DNA from: Dehalococcoidia bacterium
GTDB lineage: Bacteria > Chloroflexota > Dehalococcoidia > GIF9 > UBA5629
Assembly: GCA_050011565.1 (NCBI GenBank)
Contig: JBEKIW010000001.1
Location: 96,001-160,000 of the forward strand
Direction of reading: 5' to 3'
DNA: 64,000 nucleotides
A program made the translations under genes and the position numbers. The first letter of the stretch is position 1; each line of letters opens with the position of its first letter. A model generated the notes under the pieces. That model made no database searches. It was given only the letters and a program-made list of their open reading frames with translations, and was not told where the DNA came from. This document shows, piece by piece, positions 1 to 10,019 of the stretch.

Positions 1-2042
1 TAATCGGCGGACAGAAGCTGCCATCCAGGCTCAGCGATGATAGCCTGCCTGATTTTGCCGCCTAATTCGCTTCTTATGGGTATGTTCTGCATATTGGGCT
101 CACTGGAGGAAAGCCGGCCGGTGGTGGTACCGGTCTGGTTGAAGCTGGTATGGAGCCTGCCGGTCTTGGGGTTTACCAGCGCGCAGAAGGCATCCGTATA
201 AGTTGACTTCAGCTTGGCTAGCTGGCGGTATTGCAGGATAAGTTCAATGATGGGATGAGCCCCTTTTAACTCTTCGAGCATTGCAGCTTTGGTGGAGCTG
301 CTCTTCGTTTTGCGAGGCTTGTCAAGCTTTAGCTCTTCATAAAGGACTATGGACATTTGCTGTGGCGAGTTTATGTTGAACCTGTGGCCGAGGCTGTTGT
401 ATATTTCTGCTTCCAGCCTCAGCATATCCCTTCCCAGGCTGTGGGACATATCCTGCAGTAGTTCAACGTCTATAGCCACACCGTTTCTTTCCATAGATAC
501 CAGCACCGGGACTAAAGGCATCTCCACTTCGCTGAAAAGCTGCCACAATCCCTCTTCTCGCAGCTCTGTATCAAGCACACTTTTGAGCCTGAGGGTAATA
601 TCGGCATCGGCACAGGCGTAGTCGGCCACCTCTTCAATAGTCGCCATCGCCATAGAGAGCTGCTTGGGTCCCTTGCCGATTAAATCGGTAATGGGCGTCA
701 TTTCCACTCCCAGTCTATTGAAAGCCAACGCTTTAAGCCCCAGGGATTTTTCACCCAGTAAATAGGCGGCAAGCATGGTGTCGAAAGCCAGGTTCTCCAG
801 CTTTATGCCGTATTCAGCGAGTACCGTCATATCGAATTTGCCGTTTTGAGCTATTTTGGGGATTTTGGCATCTTCAAGCACCGGCTTAAGCCTGGCAGTA
901 ACTTGAGTTAGCGGCAGCTGGGATATCTGGCTTAGCCCGCGGTGTCCCAACGGTATGTAGTAGGCTTCACCCGGCGTTAATGATAGTGAGATGCCGACGA
1001 GCTCACAAGCCATAACTTCTTTGGCGGAAGTCTCCAGGTCAACCGCGAATTCTTTGGCAGCCAGCAGCTGGCTGATAAGCTTATCCAAATCCCGGTCGGT
1101 GCTAATTATGTGGTAGTCCTTGCTAATTATGGGCTTGGCGGGAACTAAAGCTGATTCCTTTTCTATCTCCTCGGGCAGCCTGGACAGCAACTGGACGAAT
1201 CCCAGTTCGCGAAAGAGTTCAACCACCTGATTTCTATCGTAGGCGGTGACATGGCAAGCATCCAGATTTAAGGTTATAGGCACATCGGTGACTATTGTGG
1301 CCAGCTCTTTATTTAGAAGAACCCGGTCTTTATAGTCGCGCAGCAAGGTCTGTAACCTTTCAGGGGTCGCTTGGTCAATGTGGGCGTAGATTCCCTCGAG
1401 GCTGCTGAACTGGCGCAGTAGCTTGGCGGCTGTCTTGTCGCCGATGCCGGGTACACCCGGTATGTTATCCGAGGGGTCGCCGGTGAGGGCTTTGAGGTCA
1501 GCTAGTTGACTGGCAGATATGCCGTATTTCTCTTCGACGCCAGCCTCGTCATAGATTACCGTATCGCTGAAGCTTCGCTTCGGCGACATTACTTTAGTGC
1601 TGGGAGATACAAGCTGGAGCATATCGTTGTCGCCGGTAACTACCAGGGTGTCTACGTTTTGCTTTTCGGCCTGCCGGCTCAGTGTACCCAGCACGTCATC
1701 AGCCTCGTAACCATCGATTTCGAAGGTGGGAATATGGAAGGTATCTACCAGTTGATGGACCCGGTGTATCTGGCTGATAAGCTCTTCGGGGGCTTTGGGG
1801 CGCTGGGCTTTGTAGTCCTCGAATTTTTCATGTCTGAAGGTCGGTCCGGGACGGTCGAAGGCAATAGCCCAGTGGGTTGGCTTGATTTCATTCAGCACCT
1901 TGAGCAAGGTGCTGGCGAAGCCCTGGACGGCATTGACCATTTCCCCGGTCTTGGATATGGTCAGCGGAGGGATGGCGTGGAAAGCCCGGTGGACCAGAGC
2001 ATTTCCGTCGAAGAGAAGCAGGAGTGGTTTTTCTTTGGCCAA
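1..2042 (-). CDS. polA: DNA polymerase I (3' part lies outside the window)
   Basis: Own translation of the minus strand from TTG 2042: MAKEKPLLLLFDGNALVHRAFHAIPPL...GYEADDVLGTL...GDPSDNIPGVPGIG..., followed by 3'-5' exonuclease and polymerase motifs. Missing from the ORF track because it runs off the edge. Confidence 0.97.
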   Translation of the reverse strand, partial: MAKEKPLLLLFDGNALVHRAFHAIPPLTISKTGEMVNAVQGFASTLLKVLNEIKPTHWAIAFDRPGPTFRHEKFEDYKAQRPKAPEELISQIHRVHQLVDTFHIPTFEIDGYEADDVLGTLSRQAEKQNVDTLVVTGDNDMLQLVSPSTKVMSPKRSFSDTVIYDEAGVEEKYGISASQLADLKALTGDPSDNIPGVPGIGDKTAAKLLRQFSSLEGIYAHIDQATPERLQTLLRDYKDRVLLNKELATIVTDVPITLNLDACHVTAYDRNQVVELFRELGFVQLLSRLPEEIEKESALVPAKPIISKDYHIISTDRDLDKLISQLLAAKEFAVDLETSAKEVMACELVGISLSLTPGEAYYIPLGHRGLSQISQLPLTQVTARLKPVLEDAKIPKIAQNGKFDMTVLAEYGIKLENLAFDTMLAAYLLGEKSLGLKALAFNRLGVEMTPITDLIGKGPKQLSMAMATIEEVADYACADADITLRLKSVLDTELREEGLWQLFSEVEMPLVPVLVSMERNGVAIDVELLQDMSHSLGRDMLRLEAEIYNSLGHRFNINSPQQMSIVLYEELKLDKPRKTKSSSTKAAMLEELKGAHPIIELILQYRQLAKLKSTYTDAFCALVNPKTGRLHTSFNQTGTTTGRLSSSEPNMQNIPIRSELGGKIRQAIIAEPGWQLLSAD

Positions 2043-2072
2043 GTTCTAAACTCTTGAAATCTTTTGATAGTT

Positions 2073-2170
2073 TGTCACTCTAAGCGTAGCGAAGAATCTG
2101 GCTAGCCTTCCGGCCTCGGAGAGTTTCCCCAAGCTAGTGTCTTCGTTCGCTTCGTTCCCTCAGAATGACA
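2073..2170. repeat. Palindromic REP-like element (TGTCA..CTGAGCG.AGCGAAGAATCT / CTTCG.TCGC..CCCTCAGAATGACA family)
   Basis: tgtcactctaagcgtagcgaagaatct...cttcgttcgcttcgttccctcagaatgaca; same family as 7492 and 35592. Confidence 0.85.
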
Positions 2171-2250
2171 TAAATAAAGGCGCAGGTTCATTATATATCA
2201 AGTTGACAGCCGTGGTATACTATTTGCTCATCTGGATAGGCAGTTTAGAA

Positions 2251-3180
2251 ATGAACAAAAAAGGCCTGCTTTCGGTAGCTGATTTAAGCGTTGCGGAAGT
2301 CGAGAAAATCATCGCTCAAGCCTTGAAAATCAAACAGGGGCCGGCACCGCAGTCGTTGTCCGGCAAGATACTAGTTCTATTGTTCGAGAAACCGTCTTTG
2401 CGGACAAGGGTCAGCTTTGAAGTGGCAATACATCAACTAGGCGGCTATTGCCTTTACTTATCGCCCGACGAGGTAGGGCTGGGCAAGCGAGAGCCGGTAT
2501 CTGACGTAGCCCGGGTGCTCAGCCGCTACGTACATGGCATCATAGCCCGCACCTTTGCTCACCAGACTTTGCAAGCCCTGGCGAGCCACTCGACTGTGCC
2601 GGTAATTAACGCTCTTTCAGATTCGGAACATCCCTGCCAGGCTTTGGCTGATGTAATGACTATTCGGGAGAAAAAGGGGAAGCTTAAGGGCTTAACACTG
2701 GCTTTTATCGGCGATGGTAATAATGTGGCTAACAGTTTACTGTTGGCGGCTGCATCTACGGGGATTAACTTTCGCATCGCCTCTCCACCCGGCTATGGGG
2801 TCAAGGACGAGATATTGCAGACGGCCAAAGGTTTAGCCGCTCACAGCGGCAGCCGGATCTTATTAACTGATAAGCCTGAGCAAGCGGTTAAGGACGCGGA
2901 TGTCGTTTACACCGATGTGTGGACGAGCATGGGGCAGGAAGTTGAGTCCGCCATACGCCGCAAAGCCTTCGCGCACTATCAGGTTGACGCCCGATTATTA
3001 TCTTTAGCCAGGAAGGACGCTATATTCATGCATCCTCTGCCAGCTCATCATGGGGAGGAGGTTGCTGCTGGAATACTGGAAGACCCACGCTCAGTGGTCT
3101 TTGACCAGGCAGAAAACAGGCTTCACCTGCAAAAAGCGCTGCTGATTGAGATGTTCGGCAAAGTTGGACGCGCCCGCTAA
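2251..3180 (+). CDS. argF: Ornithine carbamoyltransferase
   Basis: FEKPSLRTR, HPCQ, DVWTSMGQE and HPLP motifs. Start moved to ATG 2251 because the upstream ORF extension lies in the repeat. Confidence 0.95.
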   Translation: MNKKGLLSVADLSVAEVEKIIAQALKIKQGPAPQSLSGKILVLLFEKPSLRTRVSFEVAIHQLGGYCLYLSPDEVGLGKREPVSDVARVLSRYVHGIIARTFAHQTLQALASHSTVPVINALSDSEHPCQALADVMTIREKKGKLKGLTLAFIGDGNNVANSLLLAAASTGINFRIASPPGYGVKDEILQTAKGLAAHSGSRILLTDKPEQAVKDADVVYTDVWTSMGQEVESAIRRKAFAHYQVDARLLSLARKDAIFMHPLPAHHGEEVAAGILEDPRSVVFDQAENRLHLQKALLIEMFGKVGRAR

Positions 3181-3226
3181 CCAGTGGTATGCTTTATTGC
3201 AGCAATCATTTCGAGAGAGAAATTAT

Positions 3227-4555
3227 ATGAAACCCGTTGTAGCTATAGTTGGTCGAGCCAATGTCGGAAAGTCGACACTGTTTAATCGCCTGGCAGGCGA
3301 GTCGGTGGCTGTGGTCGAAGACTTGCCGGGGACGACGCGTGACCGCGTCTTTGCCGATGTTTCCAGGGAGGGGCATGAGGTCACTCTGGTTGATACCGGC
3401 GGCCTAGAGTTGAGGCCGGGCTCTTCGCTGGCCCAGAAAGTTAAAGAACAGGCCGAGGTAGCCATAGCCGAAGCTGATGTCATTATTTTTATGGTGGACG
3501 TTCGCGATGGGGTGATTGCTGCCGACTGCGAGATAGCTGACCTGCTTCGTATCTCCAGTAAGCCGGTCGTTTTGGTAGCGAATAAAGCGGATAACACTAA
3601 ATGGGAAACCCAATTAGGTGATTTCTATCAGTTAGGTGTCGGCACTCCACTGGCTGTTAGCGCTCAGCATAATCGGGGTATAAACGAGCTCTGGCAATTG
3701 ATAACTCCTCTTCTTCCCGAGGTTTCGGAAAGTCTTGCTGATTCAGACAGGCCTAAACTGGCTATTGTCGGCCGGCCAAATGTGGGGAAATCGATGTTAT
3801 TGAATGCTATTGTCGGTAAGGCCAGAGCTATCGTGGACCAGACGCCGGGTACAACACGGGACGCTGTGGATACTGTTTTCAATTTCCGGGGGCAGGAGCT
3901 GCTGTTAATAGATACCGCCGGTATAAGGCGACGTGGACGTATGTCTATCGGGGTAGAATATTACAGCTTGATTCGAGCGTTACGTGCTATTAATCGGTGC
4001 GATGTAGCACTGTTGGTTACGGATGCCACCGAATTCATTACTGCTCAGGACGTGCATATTGCCGGATATATCAAGCAGTCGGGCAAAGGTATGGTACTGG
4101 TGATTAATAAATGCGACCTTGTCTCCGAGCAGCCCAAAGAAGTATACTTTCAGCAAGTTCAGCAAAAGCTGAAGTTTATGTCTCACGCACCTGTTCTTTT
4201 CGTTTCGGCTAAATTTAAGCGCGGAGTAGATGAGGTGATACCCAAGGCCATGGAGGTCTGGCGGGAAGGGCAAAAGCAATTGTCTGACCCGGTAGTGGAT
4301 AAATTTATAAAGCAAGCGGTTATGGCCCATACGCGGCCCCGAAAAGGCTTAAAGCAACTCGAAGTTTTTCGTGCCTACCAGGCCGGCATCAGACCGCCCA
4401 GTTTCACGCTTCTGGTTAACGACCCGGAACTGGTGCACTTTTCCTATCAACGATATCTGGAGAATAAACTCCGGCAAACCTTTGGGTTTTCCGGCACCTC
4501 GGTGCGGCTCCTTTTTAGGAGGGCACCAAGGAGAAAGCTTCAAAAAGCGGGGTGA
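3227..4555 (+). CDS. der: Ribosome biogenesis GTPase Der (EngA)
   Basis: Two tandem G domains (GRANVGKS/DTGG/NKAD and GRPNVGKS/DTAG/NKCD) plus KH-like C-terminus. Confidence 0.96.
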   Translation: MKPVVAIVGRANVGKSTLFNRLAGESVAVVEDLPGTTRDRVFADVSREGHEVTLVDTGGLELRPGSSLAQKVKEQAEVAIAEADVIIFMVDVRDGVIAADCEIADLLRISSKPVVLVANKADNTKWETQLGDFYQLGVGTPLAVSAQHNRGINELWQLITPLLPEVSESLADSDRPKLAIVGRPNVGKSMLLNAIVGKARAIVDQTPGTTRDAVDTVFNFRGQELLLIDTAGIRRRGRMSIGVEYYSLIRALRAINRCDVALLVTDATEFITAQDVHIAGYIKQSGKGMVLVINKCDLVSEQPKEVYFQQVQQKLKFMSHAPVLFVSAKFKRGVDEVIPKAMEVWREGQKQLSDPVVDKFIKQAVMAHTRPRKGLKQLEVFRAYQAGIRPPSFTLLVNDPELVHFSYQRYLENKLRQTFGFSGTSVRLLFRRAPRRKLQKAG

Positions 4556-4561
4556 CAATTC

Positions 4562-5224
4562 ATGATAGTGGCTAAGTTCGTTCTTGTGGCGCTGATTGGT
4601 TATTTTACCGGTGCCATACCGGTTGCCTTGATAATCGGTAAGCGCATGGCGGGGATTGATATTTCCAAGCGCGGCAGCGGTAATATTGGCGGCACCAACG
4701 TGTTGCGTGTTGTAGGATTCAAGGCGGGAGTTATAACCATGGCTCTCGACCTGGCTAAGGCAATTGTGCCGGTGGTATTGGCCAGGTTCATCATAGGTGA
4801 CGGCGTACTCTCCATAGCCGGCTTCACTCTGGATTGGCGATGGGGTCAGGTCATAACCGCGTTGATGGTAATGGTGGGACACAACTGGTCAATATATATC
4901 AAATTCCGTGGCGGTAAAGGCGCGGCTGTTTATTATGGCAGCTGGTTTGCCATCTGGCCGGTAGTCGGCCTCTTCGGCGGCCTTATTTTGATAATAACGG
5001 TTTTACTGAGCAAATACATGTCCCTGGGTACCATACTCGGCTCGTTGAGTATACTATGCCTGTTTATCATAATGACATTAACTGACGCATCTCCACCGGT
5101 CTATTTAATCTACAGCGTATTGGCTGCCGCCTTGATTGTCTATCAGCATCGGAGCAATATAAGCAGACTGCAGACTGGAACCGAGAGCCGGATGGACCAG
5201 GGCCCTAATAAGATAGCCCTGTGA
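4562..5224 (+). CDS. plsY: Glycerol-3-phosphate acyltransferase PlsY
   Basis: GSGNIGGTN, GHNWSIY..FRGGKG and HRSNI motifs; der-plsY-gpsA synteny. Confidence 0.95.
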   Translation: MIVAKFVLVALIGYFTGAIPVALIIGKRMAGIDISKRGSGNIGGTNVLRVVGFKAGVITMALDLAKAIVPVVLARFIIGDGVLSIAGFTLDWRWGQVITALMVMVGHNWSIYIKFRGGKGAAVYYGSWFAIWPVVGLFGGLILIITVLLSKYMSLGTILGSLSILCLFIIMTLTDASPPVYLIYSVLAAALIVYQHRSNISRLQTGTESRMDQGPNKIAL

Positions 5225-5279
5225 TTTGCTGCTTCGAATCTGCGTGAAAATTCTCTGCCTTTTTTGAGGAGTAGTTTTT

Positions 5280-6269
5280 ATGTCCAAAGTTGCTGTTATC
5301 GGTTCTACTACCTGGGGCAATACCCTGGCCAGGTTGTTGGCGGTAAAAGGAGCTATGGTCTCCGTTTGGGCACGGACTGAGTCCAGAGCCGGCGAGCTGA
5401 GAGAAGAGGTCTTATCGGAAGGGGACTACAGCGAGCGCCTTTCCTTTACCGGCAGTATTGAAGAAGCGTTGGGTGCCGCTGAGTTTGTTATCTGCGCCGT
5501 ACCGGCTCAACGAATGAGGCAGAATTTGAGGTTGAGCAATCCTCATTTTATTCCTTCGGCAATATTGGTCAGCGCAGCTAAGGGGCTGGAAGCAGAAACC
5601 GGTAAAAGAATGTCAGAGGTCATCGCAGATGAGGTTAGCTCTGTTTCTCAGGACAGGATATGTGCTCTATCCGGACCGAATCTTTCCACGGAGATTAAGC
5701 AAGGCTTACCGGCTACGTCGGTGATAGCCAGCCGAGATATAGAGGTTGCCAGACAGGTGCAGGGACTACTGGACTCACCTGATTTTACCGTTTTTGTCAG
5801 CGATGACATTATCGGCGTCGAGCTATGTGGTGCCCTGAAGAATGTGATTGCCGTAGGGGCTGGAATTATGGATGGCCTAAACCTGGGCAACAACGCTAAA
5901 GCGGCGTTTATAACTTTAGGCTGGAAGGATGTTGTTTCGCTGGGGATAGCCCTGGGAGCCAGACCAGACACCTTTTATGGACTGGCTGGCCTGGGGGACC
6001 TAATAGCAACCGGTAACAGCCCGTTGAGCCGTAATCACTACGTAGGCTATGAACTGGGCAAGGGAAGACCTTTAAGCGATATAATCAAGTCCATGTCACA
6101 GGTGGCTGAGGGCGTCGATACCGCTGTGGCTGCTCACCGATTGGCCGCCAGAGTGAACCTGGAAGCGCCGATTGTGAATTTGGTGTACAGCGTATTATTC
6201 GAGTCTCTGCCGCCGGCTGAGATATCGACGCGTTTCAAGAACGGTCTGAAGCCTGAATCAATTGCTTGA
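5280..6269 (+). CDS. gpsA: NAD(P)H-dependent glycerol-3-phosphate dehydrogenase
   Basis: SGPNLS, GALKNVIA, GLAGLGDLIAT..S.LSRN motifs. Confidence 0.95.
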   Translation: MSKVAVIGSTTWGNTLARLLAVKGAMVSVWARTESRAGELREEVLSEGDYSERLSFTGSIEEALGAAEFVICAVPAQRMRQNLRLSNPHFIPSAILVSAAKGLEAETGKRMSEVIADEVSSVSQDRICALSGPNLSTEIKQGLPATSVIASRDIEVARQVQGLLDSPDFTVFVSDDIIGVELCGALKNVIAVGAGIMDGLNLGNNAKAAFITLGWKDVVSLGIALGARPDTFYGLAGLGDLIATGNSPLSRNHYVGYELGKGRPLSDIIKSMSQVAEGVDTAVAAHRLAARVNLEAPIVNLVYSVLFESLPPAEISTRFKNGLKPESIA

Positions 6270-6290
6270 GTCTAACGGGTATATTTCCGT

Positions 6291-7385
6291 CTACTCGACG
6301 ATTTCCTGGTCGTCAATTTCAGATGTTTTAGCGGCTGGTAAGGTTTTGGCCAATTCTTCAATAAGCCGGCGCTGACCGGCGTCCATAGATTGTGGCGTTA
6401 CCACCCGGACCACCACCAACTGGTCTCCCTTACCCCGGCCATGAAGGTGCGGAACACCTTTGCCCTTGATACGGAACGTCTTTCCAGTCTGAGTGCCCGG
6501 CGGTATCTTCATTGTCACCTTGCCGTCAAGTGCCGGCACTTCTATGTTATCCCCCAGGGCAGCTTGAGCGAAATTGACAGGCAACTCATAGAAGACGTCA
6601 TAGTCTTTACGGACAAAGAATTTATGGGGCTTCACGGAGAAATTGACGTAGATATCGCCCGGAGAGCCGCCATATTTACCGGCGTCACCTTCATTACTAA
6701 GGCGCATCTGATAGTTTTCGTCTATTCCTGCTGGAACGGTTACCGTGAGCTTGCGTTTTACTCTTTCCTTGCCGCTGCCTTTGCACTGACGGCAAGGGTT
6801 GTTAATAAGCGTGCCTTCGCCTTTACAGTGCGGGCAAGTGGCAGCATGAACAAAACGCCCGAAAAGGCTTTGCTGAATTCGACGAACTTCGCCATTGCCG
6901 TTGCAGTTTGGACATTTTTGCGGATTTGTCCCGGGCTGGCTGCCGACACCGTGACATATAGAGCAGTTTTCGATTCGCCAGGTTTCTAATTCCTTGCTGG
7001 CACCGAATACGGCTTCTTCGAAAGAGAGAGTCAAATTAGCCCGCAGGTCGCCCCCTTTTTGAGGGGAACGGCGTTGGGCTCTGGTCGTAGTAGCGCCGAA
7101 GAAAGCGTCGAATATGTCACCCAAGCCGCCAAAACCAATATCCTCGAAACCGAACAAATCGGCGGTGGCTACGCTGCCGAAGCGGTCATAGGAGGCACGC
7201 TTTTCAGCATTGGAGAGGACTTCATAGGCCTCGTTTATCTCTTTGAATTTCTCTTCGGCATCCGGCTCGCGGTTGTGGTCGGGATGATATTTGAAGGCTA
7301 ACCTTCGGAAAGCCTTTTTGATTTCCCCATCACTGGCGTTTCTCGGAACTCCAAGTAGCTTATAATAATCTCGATTGTTGGCCAT
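6291..7385 (-). CDS. dnaJ: Chaperone DnaJ (class A)
   Basis: J domain with HPD, G/F region, four CxxCxGxG repeats, C-terminal domain. Confidence 0.95.
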   Translation of the reverse strand: MANNRDYYKLLGVPRNASDGEIKKAFRRLAFKYHPDHNREPDAEEKFKEINEAYEVLSNAEKRASYDRFGSVATADLFGFEDIGFGGLGDIFDAFFGATTTRAQRRSPQKGGDLRANLTLSFEEAVFGASKELETWRIENCSICHGVGSQPGTNPQKCPNCNGNGEVRRIQQSLFGRFVHAATCPHCKGEGTLINNPCRQCKGSGKERVKRKLTVTVPAGIDENYQMRLSNEGDAGKYGGSPGDIYVNFSVKPHKFFVRKDYDVFYELPVNFAQAALGDNIEVPALDGKVTMKIPPGTQTGKTFRIKGKGVPHLHGRGKGDQLVVVRVVTPQSMDAGQRRLIEELAKTLPAAKTSEIDDQEIVE

Positions 7386-7491
7386 ATTAAAACAGACCTC
7401 AACATTTCAGTATAACTGATAGGTCAATTTCTTAGCAAATTTTAAATAGGCTATCCCGTCGAAGCTGTAAAATTGCTTGGCAAAGTTCTAA

Positions 7492-7585
7492 TGTCATCCT
7501 GAGCGAAGCGAAGGATCCAGTGTTAACTTCATTGAGTCTGGGTTAAGCTAGATTCTTCGGTCGCTTTTGCTCCCTCAGAATGACG
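7492..7585. repeat. Palindromic REP-like element
   Basis: tgtcatcctgagcgaagcgaaggatcc...agattcttcggtcgcttttgctccctcagaatgacg. Confidence 0.88.
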
Positions 7586-7656
7586 GATATTTTCATGACA
7601 GTGTCAAACTGCAGAGTTTGTTTTGCCCATAGTACTGATGTATGATGCATTGTTGA

Positions 7657-8226
7657 ATGAAAGAGAAACTCATACAGGCTTTAGCTTCGCGGCAGAGGAC
7701 TGGTTTAAACAGCATGGGGCTAACTGAAGCCGCAGTCCTTATTCCAATTTTCTGTAAAGACAGGGAATTCCACATACTCTTTACCCAGCGGAGCGACCTG
7801 GTGCCGCATCACAAAGGGCAGGTATCGTTTCCCGGTGGCGCGCGAAGCAAGGATGATACTACGCTTCAGGATACAGCCCTCAGGGAGAGCCGGGAAGAGA
7901 TCGGGCTGAAAGCTAAGGACGCGGAAATTGTGGGAGAGCTGGACGATACTCCAACGACAACATCAGGTTATAATATCTCACCCTTCGTAGCTTTTATCCC
8001 CTATCCCTACAAGTTTATCTTAAGCCCTTACGAGATAAGCGAAATTTTTAGCATACCTGTCTCAGCACTGCTGCACAAGGCTAACAGAAAAAAAGAGCGA
8101 TACACTTTTGGTGGTCAGGTTTTTGTCAATTACTCCTACGAATATGAGGGGAGAGTGATATGGGGGGCTACAGCTCGTATAGTCGAACAGTTACTTGAAA
8201 TCTGGCAATCAATTTGCAGAACCTAG
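7657..8226 (+). CDS. Nudix CoA pyrophosphatase (NudL/PCD1 type)
   Basis: AAVLIP, HKGQVSFPGG, Nudix box TALRESREEIGL, IWGATA. Confidence 0.9.
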   Translation: MKEKLIQALASRQRTGLNSMGLTEAAVLIPIFCKDREFHILFTQRSDLVPHHKGQVSFPGGARSKDDTTLQDTALRESREEIGLKAKDAEIVGELDDTPTTTSGYNISPFVAFIPYPYKFILSPYEISEIFSIPVSALLHKANRKKERYTFGGQVFVNYSYEYEGRVIWGATARIVEQLLEIWQSICRT

Positions 8227-8308
8227 AAATCAACACTATCTGAGATATACCTAATAAATATTGTGAAGTAATATCATATATTTGTAGTAAATATAATGTA
8301 GTAATTAC

Positions 8309-8337
8309 TTGACAATACTTATAAATGTTATTATAAT
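8309..8337 (+). promoter_or_regulatory. Perfect sigma70 consensus promoter of the cbpA/dnaJ2-hspR-orf-clp operon
   Basis: TTGACA (8309-8314), 17 bp spacer, TATAAT (8332-8337). Confidence 0.9.
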
Positions 8338-8363
8338 ATAGCTAAAAGTCGAGGGTGAAGGTT

Positions 8364-9347
8364 ATGCCGAAAAAAGATTACTATGCAATTTTGGGCGTAA
8401 GCCGTACTGCCACTGAAAAGGAGATAAAGCAGGCTTACCGTCGGCTTGCCCGGAAATACCATCCGGATGTCAATCCCGGGGACAAATCGGCCGAAACAAG
8501 GTTCAAAGAGATAAACGAAGCGCATGAGGTGCTTTCCGACCCGGAGAAACGAAAGAAGTACGACCGGTTTGGAGACCAATGGCAAAATGCCGAGCAGTTT
8601 GCCAAAGCCAGCCAGGGGGCTCAACGGGATTTCGGCAAAGGTGGGGCCTACACAACCTTTGATTTTGGTGACTTGGGTGATTTAGGGGACATATTCAGTG
8701 GTGCTTTTCAGGGCTTTGGCACAGGTGCGGGTACAGCTCGCCGAGCTGCCAGGCCTAGGAGCATAGAGCATCCTGTAGACGTAACTCTGGAAGAAGCTTA
8801 TCAGGGTACAAAGCGTGTCATTCAGCTTCAGTCTGAAGAAGCTTGCCCAACCTGTGGTGGCACCAGCAGGGTGGGTCGGGCGCGCTGCACTACCTGCGGA
8901 GGTTCCGGCAGGCTGTTGAAACCCAGGCGGCTTGAAGTAAAGATTCCACCCGGGGTCGGAGACGGCTCTAAGGTGCGGATTGCCGGTCAAGGCAGCCAGG
9001 ACTACGGCGGGTCTAAAGGTGACCTCTATCTGATAGTCAGGGTGCTGCCTCATCAAGTCTTTGAGCGCAAAGTTGACGACCTCCATACCGAGATAGCTAT
9101 ACCCCTGGTAACCGCCATGCTTGGCGGCGAGGTGGCAGTCCCCACACTGAAAGGGAAGGTAGCTTTAAAGGTGCCGCCGGAAACTCAAAATGGGAAGGTA
9201 TTTCGGCTAGCCGGACAAGGTATGCCGCACCTGAACGATTCCTCCCGTGGTGATTTATTTGCTAAGGTAAAGGTGCTGCTGCCGACAAGATTAACGCCGC
9301 AGGAGAGGCAGCTATTCGAGCAGCTAAGAACATATCGTCCCAACTAG
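8364..9347 (+). CDS. DnaJ/CbpA-like co-chaperone with a half zinc finger
   Basis: J domain with HPD, only two CxxC motifs ([14 protein letters not shown]), DnaJ C-terminal domain. Confidence 0.9.
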   Translation: MPKKDYYAILGVSRTATEKEIKQAYRRLARKYHPDVNPGDKSAETRFKEINEAHEVLSDPEKRKKYDRFGDQWQNAEQFAKASQGAQRDFGKGGAYTTFDFGDLGDLGDIFSGAFQGFGTGAGTARRAARPRSIEHPVDVTLEEAYQGTKRVIQLQSEEACPTCGGTSRVGRARCTTCGGSGRLLKPRRLEVKIPPGVGDGSKVRIAGQGSQDYGGSKGDLYLIVRVLPHQVFERKVDDLHTEIAIPLVTAMLGGEVAVPTLKGKVALKVPPETQNGKVFRLAGQGMPHLNDSSRGDLFAKVKVLLPTRLTPQERQLFEQLRTYRPN

Positions 9348-9383
9348 GTATTGTCATGGTATTATTGAGGTGATAAGATAGAA

Positions 9384-9737
9384 ATGAATTCGGCGAATTT
9401 AGAACCTAGATATGTGATAAGTATTGCGGCTCGAATAGTGGGCATTGAGACGTACACTTTACGATATTATGAAAGTATTGGCCTGGTGCAACCCTATCGT
9501 TCCAAAGGGCACATTCGCTACTACTCGGAAGCCGATATCGAACGCCTGCGTCATATCAAAACCTTGATGGGAGATCTGGGAATTAATCTAGCCGGAGTGG
9601 AAGTGGTAATACGCATGGCCCATAAAATGGTGGAGATGCAACACCGGATTAAGGAAATGGAATCTGAAATTGAACAGTTAAAACAGGTGGAGATGGGGGA
9701 AACAGAGAGGGAAAAGAAGGGAATTAATAATGCCTAG
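9384..9737 (+). CDS. hspR: MerR-family heat-shock repressor, HspR-like
   Basis: YVISIAARIVGI...TLRYYE.IGL..P.RS.G..R.YS..DIERL...GINLAGVEVV; located between a J protein and a Clp ATPase. Confidence 0.85.
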   Translation: MNSANLEPRYVISIAARIVGIETYTLRYYESIGLVQPYRSKGHIRYYSEADIERLRHIKTLMGDLGINLAGVEVVIRMAHKMVEMQHRIKEMESEIEQLKQVEMGETEREKKGINNA

Positions 9738-10014
9738 GACCAAAACAAAATTACAGCCTGCCAAGTGGCAGATTACGGCAACGACTATTAAATGTGATTT
9801 GGTAGACGACTTCGTCACTATAATGGTGTACAAGGATTGGTCGACAAAATGTGTTTGGTACGGTCGTTATAAGCAGAAAGCCGTTGAGGACAAAAACTAT
9901 AAAGTCGATAGGAAAATAAGGCCCAAAGTAGATAAATGCCAGGGGCCTGAATGCTCCTATGTTACCAGTTATAGAGGTAAGCTGGTTAAGGAAGAATTTG
10001 GGGAGAAGAAGTAG
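9730..10014 (+). CDS. Small 4-Cys hypothetical protein
   Basis: Overlaps hspR stop and ends 5 nt before clp; Cys22, Cys41, Cys70, Cys75. Confidence 0.75.
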   Translation: MPRTKTKLQPAKWQITATTIKCDLVDDFVTIMVYKDWSTKCVWYGRYKQKAVEDKNYKVDRKIRPKVDKCQGPECSYVTSYRGKLVKEEFGEKK

Positions 10015-10019
10015 ATAAT

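Noticed and set aside
349-2057. Plus-strand ORFs 349-621 and 1506-2057
   Set aside because: Antisense shadows of polA, which the ORF track missed because it runs off the window edge.
7386-8363. CIRCE or HAIR heat-shock operators upstream of either dnaJ
   Set aside because: No match to TTAGCACTC-N9-GAGTGCTAA or CTTGAGT-N7-ACTCAAG found by eye.
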